DNA of 64,000 nucleotides from Paecilomyces variotii. Its lineage: Eukaryota. Location of the stretch: assembly GCA_004022145.1 (NCBI GenBank), contig RCNU01000008.1; one strand, given 5' to 3'. The notes below the pieces were generated by a model. It saw nothing but the letters and a program-made list of their open reading frames with translations, did not search any database and was not told the DNA's origin. The translations under genes and the position numbers were made by a program. Shown piece by piece: positions 23,520 through 35,925 of this stretch (the first letter of the stretch is position 1; each line of letters opens with the position of its first letter).

Positions 23520-26500
23520 GGCGCAGAGTCGCAGACTGACGAAGTGGTTCCAACAAACCAGTTCGTGAGACAGCTTTGGCACTTGGTTCGTGTCTGATTG
23601 GAGAGTCTGCTGGCATGTCCCCGTGCTAAGCACTAGATGCCCTTCTAGTGAAGAGATCTGAAGCCCGAGATCGCTCTGGAATGCCGGAGAACTCATCGTC
23701 GAACTCCAGATATCCAATCGTCTAAGACGCTGTTTCGACTTCTTCTCCTCCCCAGATCAGGTGAATCGCAAAATATTGACAGAGCCCCGAGCTGATCCAT
23801 GGTTCTCGACAGCCTCTATCGCTTCAGGCGAGAAGAGCTCTGCGTCTAGCGCCCCCCGTGGCCAGAGAAGCGCCACCCCGATGGAGCGTTCGCGCAGACA
23901 TCTTTTAGCGTGGTGGACACTGGACTTTGCACCGCTGCTCTTGGCAATGGGTCTGCTATCTATCATCCATGATCCATCCGTCCGAAGCTCTCCAACTGTC
24001 CAACAACACGGTATAGGTTCCACGCAGCCCGCGTCTAAGCCTTTCGCCCTCGGCCTGGAACCTCGCTCCGACATGCCTCTGGTATCTAGTCCGGACCGTT
24101 CCTTTTGGTGATGATTCTCCCCGTAGCGGCGCAGCTCAATTAAGCTCTCACCGACAGTTCCATTTAAGGAAGAACAGTTATATGATCTCCATCTTTATCC
24201 TTCCGACAGCTTCGAGACCCGATCACCTCCCAGGGTTGTCTGCAGGGAAAAGGAGGAAGACCAGGGTGAAACGCTGCTACGTAGATAGTCTGTAAAGCTG
24301 GGTATCAAGATTGAAGAATGTATACTATAGACTAGCAGTGCAGTGATTTAGGCAGTAGATGCTGCGCCGCCGGCACTGAGCGCTACCTGGTCCTGCTCTC
24401 CAACAACGGGCAAATTGTTCGATGGCACAATGCAAGCTGCAAGGCAGAAAACAAGCCCGTGAGCTGCACATTCCTATTTTCATTATTTGAAGTCAACAAG
24501 CTCCCTCACTGGCCAGCGTAATGGGACATCCACACTATTGAGTTGAACTGCCCGCGGCAGTAGTAGTGTTGCCCTCTAATTACTCTATATTTTGTTGTTT
24601 TGGCTTGGCAGGAGACATCTGGTAGGGGCCCGTAGAGAATCATATCAACTATTGTTATTATTATTATTGCCAAGTAAATTTGCTATTTCGCTAGACATGT
24701 CTAGGATTCAAGCTTCGGGAACTTGCCTACAAGCAAGGGATACAATAATAACAACAATAATAGCAATAACAATATGATCTTTTCTTTTTTTTTTTCTTTC
24801 TAGAGAGCTATCTACGCTACTACTAGTGACTACAGTGTGATCTGCACATGCAGCACTGAGGACCTTGCCTCTTTAACCGTGGAGTTTTTCCGCTGTACAT
24901 ACTGCATACCTTGCAGCGGACCTATTATTGCTACCTCCCTATCTACTCCGTACATACTACTCACAACTGATGATGATAGGTAAATCCATCATGGCATCCG
25001 TCCGCTCGTTATCGAGTGATTAGGTGCGATGCGATGCGACGTGGGTGCGTGTGGGTTGTTGGTGTTACTGTATTCTCCATAGACTAAGTTAAGTCAGGGT
25101 ATTATTATTATGAATCACCTTTTTTTCTTTTTCCCCCTTCTGCATTGAATAATGCCGTGAGAATATCCGATCCCGGGGAGGAAGGACTGGAGAACAAAAA
25201 CTTTCGACTCTCAACTCCAACACATCACATCCAAACAAAGTTTTGAGGATCCTAGTGTAATAGAGTATAGTTTGTACTCTTTGATCCTGCATCGTCGATC
25301 TTTGTCCTACAGTACCACGTCTCTCTTTCCGTCACCCCCGCATTTGGCGTCTTGTACGCAACAGAATTGGACCGATCACCAAAATGTGACCGGCAGTTTG
25401 GTACGGTAATAATATTGGGAAGGCCTCGATGAAATAATGAATGAATGGCTATTATTGCATAGTTATGGGTTACACGACCTGTGAGACCGAAAGGAAAAAG
25501 GAATTGGATTGGATTAACTTAAGCTTGAAGCCTTTCTTGGGCGAACTACCTAGTCTCGATTTTTTTTTCTTTTCTTTTTTTTTTGTGTAACTTTGTTATC
25601 AATTTCTTTTGTTGTTGTTTGCTTGTTTGCTTGCTTGGGGGGAATTTCGAGAAGAGGGTGGTGGTGGTGTTTTTTTTTTGTTTGCTTCTTTGAATCGGGC
25701 CTATGTACTGTACATTGTACTATAGGCATAATTGCATTCTCTGCTCTATCTATCTATTTCGTACGAGTATGATCTTCGATTTGTGAGATGGATGCTGTAC
25801 AATGGTAAGCTGCAGGAGGACTAATTTCGTAGTGATGGTTTTCCGTATATGGAAAGCTTTGAATTATAGCTGCAGAGGTCGATTCGCCTTAAAGTTTCTG
25901 GAGAGATAATTACGAGCCAAGCTCTGTATCTGTTGGGAGATATTCAGCTGTTGTCCTACAACAACAACAAAGACGGTCCAGACTTCTTGAGGTTTCTGTG
26001 ATTTTTTGCTCTGGTATCTGAGTCGGAGGTGCTACGGCAGTTTGACGGTCCTTCTTCTCTCTCCATGCATACATGCGAAGCTCCTTGTACATCTCTGGTC
26101 ACCTGCCACGTCGTTTCGTAGTCTCAAATTCCAATCGTATGATCTAGACTAGTAGGAGTCCGCCGTCGGCTAGCTAGCAGTATGGTAGATGATCCTAAGT
26201 ACGGGTCATTATTATTGTTGGGACCTTGGTAATGGCGTCGTCGTTTGCTCCATAATAATACGTATTCTCCGGACTCATCACCCCACGGGGTTAAGATGGG
26301 GCTGAGGTCTTGGACTTGAACCCAAATCCTACGATTGATGGAGCCGAGTATGGAGTAGATGGCATCACTGTCTTCTCGGTTCGGCCGAGCGGAAGGTACT
26401 CTAGATATAAGCTCGGCAATACATATTATTGAGAAGAAACATCTACTACTGCGTACTTTTTGGGGGCGGACCCAGAAAATCTCCGCGCGAGTGACGTCGT

Positions 26501-28430
26501 GAAGATTGGAGCGGTTAACTCGTATTTCTTTACGTCTTTGTGGATTCCAGTAGTTCTTAGCACGTCACCCTGCGATTCAATTGCGGAGCATGGACGAGTG
26601 GAGAGATCATGGGGTATATCGTGGAGAGAGCGGAGACCGGGGAAATGAATCAAGATTCAATAGATTGATGCTATGATGAGCAGAGCGTTCAGCCTCTCTC
26701 CACAATTCGATCCGCAGTCGGTGGTTCTATGACGATAGTTGCGCGTGTTGAGCAAGGGATCGTCCATCGCGGAACCCGGCAAAGGTATATGGGAGAGGAG
26801 GATAGCGCGTGAAGTTACTGCAGGCAGCGTCAATTAGTTTCAATCCAATATATCTGGTTGACAATAAGTCGTCAGCAATAGAGACACTGAGAAAATGGAG
26901 GTCTCCATTCATGCTCAAGGTCTAATTTGCGTCGCATTGAGATGCTGCGGCGGGGGAGGAAGTCGATCAATAGTTAGTCGGATCTTGAAATATGCCCCTT
27001 TGGAGCAATGCCGATTCTCTTCGTAAAGGGACAGAAACCATGGCGTGGTCTTGTTGCTGCTGGAGCCTGTTAGCCCTTGGTCTTGACTTGATCGAGACAC
27101 AATTGTTTCAACTTGATGAAGAACGAAAACAATTGATGACGAAACAGCCATTGATGGGCCTCTTTTTGTTAACGAGAAGACAGGAAACACCCGCATTCAG
27201 CTCGTGAGATGCCATTCTATACAGACTGACTCGAGTTCTGGAGTTCCTATGCCTTGCAAAGCAATCCAGCGTTGAGGACTCGAGACGGGATGGAAAGTGA
27301 AATACGGATAGTGAGGACAAAGACTGTTGTTGGCCTGACCGAACTAAGCCACTTCATATAGTGGACGGTGTGATCACTGCTTCTGTCAATTCCAGAAAAT
27401 TGCTCGTTCGCATTGAGTACTGCGTCGAAGATAAGGCACACTCGCTCAGGCTGCGCAGCCAAGGAGTCACATTTTCCCAGTCTCAATGACTTTGGATTAT
27501 CTTGAGCAATGGGTTCTCCTGCTGATAATCGCGATTGCCCTCCTTCCGCAATCAGGGAAGTTGCAAGACCTTTCGATGGTGTTAGGAGACACTCCGCAAG
27601 AACTCCAGCCTGATCGATACCAAGATACGCTGTATTATCGGCGGGTTGGAGACCCTCGAGACCTTCCTTTTCCATAATACTGGGAAGCCTAAATGGCCAG
27701 GGCATGGAAAGATCCTAGAGATTGAAATCGGACAGGTTGAGAACGGTGAATGCTAAGCGCACTGAAAGGCGCTCGCATGTCCTCTCCCTGATAGCATCGT
27801 CCTGCCGATGCCGGAATAATATCGTGTCGGCAAGTGTCCCGACATGTCCATTTCCGGCAGTTCTGAAAGAACCTGTTTGGCCGTCAATATTGACAGTTGA
27901 TATCTGCTTGCGATAACGATAAGCAAGTCACAACAAAGCCAAGTTGGTAGTTAGTCTAGACGGCGTTATCAGACGCCCAGCGCGGTTGCCAAGAAGCTGT
28001 TTGACTTACCTACTCGTTTAGGGATGATCGACCACTCTTGCTGCATGGATAAGGAGCTTTTGGCCACCAGTCATCATTTGTTGAGTATTCGTTTAGCAGC
28101 AGTAATATGGTCATTATCAGGCGCTAAGAGTTGATGTTGTTAACGACACTCATTCTGGTGTTTATCGATTGGTTGGAAGACATTATAGCTGACTACAATC
28201 TAGAGATCCTGAAAAGTACCTCCGCGGCAATGCTAACAGCAATCGTGAAGTCGGAAAGTCGGCAGTCATGTCGCTATCGCCCGACAGATTGCTCGTTTGT
28301 TTGTATGGTGTAGAGTGATCAAGTGTAAAATGCCCTCCTATTGCCCTTGTCTCCAGCTTGCTTCTCGATCTCTGTTCGCGTCCCCTAGCAGGTCGATAGA
28401 GGCTCGATTGTCTGGACCGCAAGCTGCAAA

Positions 28431-30226
28431 ATGGGACTTTCGGATTCAGAAAAGAAGGAATCGTCAATCGATACCCATGGCGTCGATACTGAAGCGGGCA
28501 CGACCACCGTCAAAGCCGGCAATGTCGATGCCGCGCTCGAGTTCCTCCAGACAGAGAACACAGCGGTGATGTCGGAGGTGGATGAGAAGAAGCTTATCCG
28601 AAAGATCGATTGGATGATCATGCCATTGATGTGGATGTGCTACAATCTCCAGTACCTCGACAAAGTCTTGAGTACGAACGATCAATGCTCCGCCTAGTCG
28701 TTATAGTGGGCTAAGACAAGACAGTTAACTATGCCTCCGTCATGGGTCTACTAAGCGATACGGACATGACGACAGATCAGTTTTCGAATCTGGCCCTGGC
28801 ATTCTATATCACTTATCTCTTCTTCGAATTCCCTACCGGCTACTTGATGCAGCGCCTGCCAACAGCCAAATATCTGGGAGTCAATGGTAAGTAACAGTGA
28901 CGTGCTTATCAACCTTGAAGCTGACGGCCAGCAGTCGCACTATGGGGACTCATGACCACATTAAACTGCTCTGCGACGAATTTTGGAGGACTAATAACAC
29001 TCCGTGTACTTCTTGGTTGTTTTGAAAGCGCTATAGCGCCTGCGTAAGTGCACTCCCCTCCCCGGTCTACCAGATAAAAGAGAAGTTTAGAATCATGCTG
29101 ACACTTCTAAGGCTTATGATTATCACTTCCATGTGGTATAAGAGAGACGGTAGGGAAGATATCGATGAGGTCTATACTCAGTTTACTGACGTTGTTTGCA
29201 GAGCAGCCGCGCCGCATGGGATATTGGTACTTAGGGACGGGTACTGCTCCTATCATGGGCGCCCTCGTTGCTTACGGACTTCTTTTCTACACTGACGACA
29301 AGTTCCATTCATGGCAGATCATGTTTTTGATATTCGGGATCATTACCATCATTGTCGGGATCTGTGTGTTCATCTTCCTTCCCGACAATCCTATGACTTC
29401 CCGTCTCAGTCATGAAGAGAAAGTTTGGGCTATCGAACGACTTCGTGAGAATAAGACCGGTATCGAAAATAAACATTTCAAGATGGAACAGTTTCTTGAG
29501 GTGTGGAAAGACCCGCAGACATATCTGATCATCATCATCGTGGCCGCCTCGAATATCACGAACGCCGCTACCAGCAGCTTTTCCTCCCTGATAATCAAGG
29601 GATTCGGTTTCACGACGAAAGAAACCGAACTACTCGGCATTCCCAGCGGTGCTATATGCGTAATTGCCGTCCTCAGCGGAACATATCTGTCTGGTCGGTA
29701 CGACCAGCGCTGTCTCTCCGCCATCGGCGTCCTGTTGTGCGGTCTACTCGGCGGATGTCTCATGGCATTTTCGCGCGATGACATGAGGGCTGCTAAATTA
29801 GCCGGAAATTATCTGACTAACTTCGTCGGGGCATCCTTGCCTATCATGTACTCAATTGCTGGAGCAAACACCGCGGGGCACACCAAGAAAGTGACCATGA
29901 ACGCAGTCTTGCTGATGGCCTTCTGCCTTGGCAATATCTTGGGTCCTCTGACTTTCCGAACTCAGGATGAACCAGAGTACATCCCGGCGAAGATTGCGAT
30001 CGTCGCAACTGTTGCCGTTGCTATTGTCTTCCTGGTGCTGCTAAAGGCGTACTACATGTGGGAAAACAAGCGCCGGGATGAGAACAAGATGGGCCTTGAG
30101 CACCAGGAGAATTCCGAATTCTTGGATCTGACGGATAGACAGAATAAAGAATTCAGGGTAAGTTGGCCAGATATTATCGATGATGGAAGAATATCACTGA
30201 CCAGATGGTACCAGTACAAGCATTAG
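28431..30226 (+). CDS. MFS transporter, allantoate permease (Dal5/ACS) family; exons 28431-28671, 28725-28886, 28935-29043, 29112-29149, 29202-30157, 30215-30226
   Basis: KLIRKIDW...LQYLDK, LRVLLGCFE, MWYKRDEQP, FLPDNP, NTAGHTKK, FLDLTDRQNKEFRY; five introns keep the frame. Confidence 0.92.
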
Positions 30227-30976
30227 CACAGGAAGCATCGATGGATGATGGATAGTGCAACGATCATTGACATGACCTCTGGAGCACCGGTCACAGAACA
30301 GATACAGTTCTTCAGTATATATCAATTAATGTACACGATTTCATGGTATTCATGGACATGGAAGAATATTTTAATATTCCTTATCATGTATTCTCGTTAA
30401 GGAACGACCAGCTAGTACTCCGGAAGGGCGTACTAACAAGGCATGTAAAAATTGCGATTGATGGGAATGATCCCGAGCATGATATCGATTTCTTTACAGG
30501 AAATGAAGCGATGATACCATACTCTTTCTGATATCTGATTTATTATCCGCGCGAAGACCCGCTTTCCCCCAGACACCATCAGTCGCAAGATGCGTATTTC
30601 CAGGAGATCACCAGGCAGGTTAATTATGCCGAATCACGTAGCGGTGACGGTCTCGCAATCTGGAGAAGTTGCAATAGTGATCGGGCTTGTGACGTAGAGT
30701 CATAGATCGTCGGGCAGGGTCCGCGAATAATAGATAAACGGGATCAACTAGTTAGTACCTTGGCGACTTCATGGCGGGGAAGTGGGAGGATGATCAAACG
30801 TGCCAAGGTCTATAATTTCCCTCTTGCGCCGCTGGTCTGTCAGGCTTCAGTCGGAGATCAGTGTCGCGAGGCCATGTCAACGCTGGAGCGCAGGGTCTGA
30901 AGAGGTATACTGTACCGTCTCCTCATAAGTTCTAGGACTACAACTCGGGGAATCAGCAGCAGCAGCAGCAGTCGTC

Positions 30977-32766
30977 ATGGCCTTCCAAGTGACTCTGGCT
31001 CTCCTGGCAATTGCGTCCTCTGCGACAGCAGAGGGTTTCCTTTCCCAGGAGAATCCCTGCCCGACGGTGACGACTCCGGGTCCGTATGAGGGTGAGGACA
31101 ACTAGAAAACCTGTTCGAGTTTTCGATGTGTTTTGTATGTATTTAGTCGCGGAAGCGGGGATTGACAGTTGGACAGGCTATACGCGAACTGGTGCTGTTC
31201 CTTTCCTAGCGCAAACGAACCCGGCTCCCTTTGGACTGAAGGATATCAGTGTCAATGAACCGCTACAGACGTCGTTGCCGATCGAGGGCGCTCCGGACTA
31301 CGATGGGATTTTCAAGTATATGGGAGAGCTGAGGTAAGCTGTCGTTGTTGTTATTTGTTTGGATATATTGGGATTATCTATGGTCAAGAGTGCTGATCGC
31401 TACGGATAGCCCCTACACTCCTTCTCCCGGGTTTGGAGTGAATGAATACCCGCTACCTCCTGGGTCCAATATCACCAAGGTGCAGATCCTCCATCGCCAT
31501 GGGTCTCGATATCCGTCGTCGGGCTCCAGTACGGAGGAGTTCGGACTACGTATCAAGAACCTTACTGCGAGTGGAGTGAGGTTCGAGGGCGACTTGTCTT
31601 TTCTGAATGATTGGAACTACGAGCTGGGCGCTGAATTACTCGTTCCTCGTGGCCGTCAGGAGCTCTTTGATAGTGGCGTTCTGCACCGGTACAACTATGG
31701 CCGGTTGTATGATCCGTCGGCGAAGGTTCTTGCGCGGACAACGACCCAGAACCGTATGCGTGAATCTGCAGAGAATTTCCTCGCTGGGTTCTTCGGTTTG
31801 AATTGGCAGCAGAATGCTACGCTGTTGACTGTCATCGAGAGGCATGGCTTCAACAACACCCTTTCTGCGGACAAGCAGTGCCCGAACGGCGACAAGGACC
31901 TCTCGTCCCCCGGAGAAGATGGAGCCAAACAGTGGCAGAGGATCTATCTCGACGCTGCTACGAAGCGGTTCCAGAAGCTGGTGAAAGGGTACACTTGGAC
32001 CGTCGATGACACCTACAACATGCAGACGCTGTGTCCGTTCGAGACGGTGGCGTTTGGTTTTAGCCGTTTCTGCCAGTTTTTCACGTATCAGGAATGGAAG
32101 GGCTTTGAGTACAGCAGGGATATCGAGTCCTACGGGGAGGCCTCCTTTGGATCGCCCACGGCACGGGCTCAGGGAATCGGCTTCGTGGTTGAACTCCTTG
32201 CGAGACTACAAGGACACGTCGTGGATACACCACCTGGAACGTCGACCATTAACACGACTCTTGACAGCAACGAGAGAACGTTCCCTACCAACCAATCGAT
32301 CTACTTCGACTTTACCCATGATACGCAGATGATGAGGATCCTCACGGCCCTTGGATTCCGGCAGTTCGCGCAGTTCCTCCCACCTACTGGACCCCCGGCT
32401 AATCAGCAACTTATCCGTAAGCGCCTGTCCAATTTCGCTGCCCGGTTCGCCATCGAGGTTATCGAGGCCCCACGTCCTGTATCTTCACGCAGGCCGCAAA
32501 ACCAGACGTCTCAGGCGGACGCGTACAACTGGACAGCGCCCGCTCAGGAGACCAAATATATCCACTTCGTGATCAACCAGCGTACTGTCCCATTGGGGAA
32601 GAGCTTCCCTGCGTGCGGACATCGGGATGATGGGTGGTGTGAGTTTGATACATTCCTGCAGGTGCAGAATAGCAGTTTGAGCCGAGCGCAGTATGAGTAT
32701 AGTTGTTTTGGCAACTATAGTGCGGTACCGTATGGAGTTGTGACTGATGGAGTGCCCGTGAGCTGA
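30977..32766 (+). CDS. Secreted histidine acid phosphatase / 3-phytase-like; exons 30977-31091, 31177-31333, 31410-32766
   Basis: Signal peptide MAFQVTLALLAIASSATA, catalytic RHGSRYP, HD motif (FTHDTQ), CPFETV and GWC conserved cysteines. Confidence 0.92.
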
Positions 32767-33571
32767 ATTAATTAATTTTTCATGATATTTGAAGGATATT
32801 TTTTGAGACTGGATGTAGTTAATAATGGGCAAGGTGTGCTGTAGATAGACACGCGTCAAGTACCTATGTATGTACTGTACATATATAGCAATGTATGTAC
32901 CATACATAGCGCAACCATACTATATTAAGTCTGATCTGCTGCTTGTATTTTTGTCAGACGCATTGGCCTTACAACTGAATCGCATCCAAATCATCAAAAT
33001 CATAATAAAGAAATCTAGAGAAAGCGATCGATATGTCAAATACCTACCTAGGTAGCTATCTAGTTAACTAACTCCCTATAGTTTAGTTTACATAGATAAA
33101 TGCTGACAAATGACTGCGGCGGGGTAGTTAACTAACTAACGGGCCGTCAGTTTGTCCACACTTTCTTCCCCTCCCGAAGTCCCCGATGGAACATGGTAAA
33201 TTCATATTTTATGGTATCTCTATATTGCCACGTATTCACCAGATAATAGACTATATGGCCCCCTGTCAAAGATAACCCATGATCATACCATACCATACAG
33301 TTCTTCTGAACCTGCTAATTATCATGTCCAACTGGCGTGCTGGCGCGGCATGTGGGGTTGGAGTTCTTCTCCCATGGGCAATCAAGATTGATGAATGATA
33401 CTGCTTTGCCTACGGTAGAGTCTGCACGGTTTGCCGACTGATCAGCTCACTGCTATCCGACTACTGCTCACCTTTAGACTATGTACTATCCCGGTGAAAG
33501 GCTGTCATGTTATTATCTACTTCCCTCGACCATCGGGATCCTAGCTGGGACTGATACCGCCACAGGAGCCG

Positions 33572-33579
33572 TGACGTCA
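33572..33579. promoter_or_regulatory. Perfect CRE/ATF palindrome upstream of the OYE gene
   Basis: TGACGTCA about 550 bp upstream of ATG 34127; TATAAA near 33998. Confidence 0.4.
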
Positions 33580-34126
33580 AAGTCAAAGAAGAAGAAAAAA
33601 ACCTTGGATCGGCCAGTGATGGCGCAACAATATTCTACTTTTTTTTTCTGGCTCCCCGAACAAAAAATAAGTTAAGAGGGGTTAAACTACGGAGTAGTTC
33701 CCGGAGATAGAACGGCGTTTGTCAGCCTGTCGGAAATGAATCTCAACGCATCTACCGCGCCTCTCAGGCTAATCAGACATGCGCCAGCCAGAAAGAAAAA
33801 AAACGTGAATGAATGCGTTAATTCAAGAAGAACTGCTTCCCGAGTGGGACCTGAGATATTTCCCTTCTGTGCCGCTAGAGCCGAAATTTCCCGTCCTTTC
33901 TGCTGTTGGACTACTGGACGTTATGGGACTCGGTATATAGTCACTCCGTGGGCTGCTGCCGGGTCTTGCTAGACGTTTACTTTATTTTATTCCTCGTTAT
34001 AAAGCTCTGTGCCGTACTTTTCTTGATCTGAGAACGGTCTCTATCTACTTGTCCTATCCTCCTGCTACTATTTTCTAGACGGCCTTTCCATCCAACCCCC
34101 TTTCAAAAGTCCACAACGTTTTCACC

Positions 34127-35227
34127 ATGACGAAGCTCTTCACCCCCATCAAGGTCGGCAAGGTCGAGCTGGCCCAGCGCCTTGCCATGGCGCCCATGAC
34201 TCGTTTCCGTGCGGACGATGCCCATGTGCCTCTTCCCTTCGTGAAGGACTACTATGAACAGCGCGCCTCGGTGCCCGGAACTCTGATCATCACCGAGGGA
34301 ACCTTCATCTCGGCCCGCAATGGAGGATACCCCAACGTTCCCGGAATCTACAGCAAGGAGCAGATTGCGGCGTGGAAGAAGATCACAGATGCAGTGCACG
34401 CCAAGGGCTCGTTTATCTACGTTCAGCTCTGGGCTCTGGGCCGGACCGCCAGTGCTGACTACCTCAAGTCGAACGGTTACGAGCTGGTCTCCAGCAGTGC
34501 TGTCCCCATGAGCGACAACTCGCCTACCCCGCGAGCTCTGACGGAGGAGGAGATCTGGAGCTTCATCGGAGACTACGCTCAAGCCGCCAAGAACGCCATC
34601 GAAGCTGGCTTCGACGGTGTCGAAATCCACGGCGCCAACGGCTATCTGATCGACCAGTTCACCCAGGACACCTGCAACAAGCGCACTGATTCCTGGGGCG
34701 GCAGCGTTGAGAACCGCGCCCGTTTCGCCCTCGAAGTCACCAAGGCCGTCACTGCCGCCATTGGCGCCGACAAGACCGGCATCCGTCTCAGTCCCTGGAG
34801 TCCATTCCAGGGCATGCGCATGGAAGACCCCATCCCCCAATTCACCTACCTGGCCAAGAAGCTCGCCGAGTTCAAGCTGGCCTACGCGCACGTCGTCGAG
34901 TCGCGCATCGCCGGAAACGCCGATGTCGAGGCGACCGAGCAGCTCGACTTCTTCTTCGACGCCTACGGCAAAACCACCCCCATCATGATCGCTGGAGGCT
35001 ACAAGGCCGCTTCCGCCAAGGAGGCCGTTGACAACAAGTACAAGGACTACGACCTGATCATCGCCATCGGTAGACCATTCACCTCGAACCCGGATCTCGT
35101 CTACAGAATCAAGAATGACATTGAGCTGCGTCCGTATGAGCGAGACCACTTCTATGTCGCTAAGGACCCGCACGGTTACAGTGACTATCCCTTCAGCGAG
35201 CAGTTCTTGGCTCAGTCGAAGATCTGA
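34127..35227 (+). CDS. Old yellow enzyme / NADH:flavin oxidoreductase
   Basis: MAPMTRFRA, AGFDGVEIHGANGYLIDQF (HxxNxY active site), RTDSWGGSVENRARF, GYSDYP; intronless with strong C/G-ending codon bias. Confidence 0.96.
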   Translation: MTKLFTPIKVGKVELAQRLAMAPMTRFRADDAHVPLPFVKDYYEQRASVPGTLIITEGTFISARNGGYPNVPGIYSKEQIAAWKKITDAVHAKGSFIYVQLWALGRTASADYLKSNGYELVSSSAVPMSDNSPTPRALTEEEIWSFIGDYAQAAKNAIEAGFDGVEIHGANGYLIDQFTQDTCNKRTDSWGGSVENRARFALEVTKAVTAAIGADKTGIRLSPWSPFQGMRMEDPIPQFTYLAKKLAEFKLAYAHVVESRIAGNADVEATEQLDFFFDAYGKTTPIMIAGGYKAASAKEAVDNKYKDYDLIIAIGRPFTSNPDLVYRIKNDIELRPYERDHFYVAKDPHGYSDYPFSEQFLAQSKI

Positions 35228-35925
35228 AGAGATCAGTTTTTTTATTTTTTTTAAATAGGATATAATGATGATTCATAGAGATGTTTAGTGCAGAGCTGGG
35301 GTAATATACATACATACATACATGATATCCTGAGCGTTGTGGATATTCCTTTCATTTTGACCAGATCGCCTCTTTTCTTTCCCACGCTTAGATTAATGAA
35401 GATATCGATAGTGCAAATATACACATACATATACCGATGAAATCGCCATTTTCCGCCTGCGTAGAAGAATTGAATATGGTCAAGAATGTAATAATACGTG
35501 AGTTTTCTAGACGTATGTACATACGACTGTATTCGACGGTTCGTACTGCAGATACGATGTATCATTATCATTTGACCACCCACTCTGTCAGGTCAGAATA
35601 TAAACATTTTGAGCCATAGCATAGCAACATAGGTATTCTCCCAGAGGATGATGCCTGATAAAAGCAACGCCGTATCCAATCCGATCCAATCCAAATACTC
35701 CATCCACATAAGACCGGTCCATGGACACGAGACATTCACGAATAGCAAAATGGTATATAGCACTTGTACACGCGGCGAGGACTAATGGCAAATAAACAAT
35801 ACTATGAAGGGTGGGGTTATTGATAACTTGTTTCGTAAAAAAGAGGTCAAGGGTTAAGATAGCACCGTTCCGTACTGGAAAGGAAAGGAAAGGCAGAAAG
35901 TCTGGTTATAAGGGTAACTGATTGC

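Noticed and set aside
26300-26380. GGTTCAAGTCC T-loop-like sequence on the minus strand
   Set aside because: T-stem is mismatched and no D-arm or acceptor stem forms; not a tRNA.
34103-35173. 356-aa antisense ORF over the OYE gene
   Set aside because: Expected by-product of strong C/G-ending codon bias on the sense strand; no recognisable motifs.
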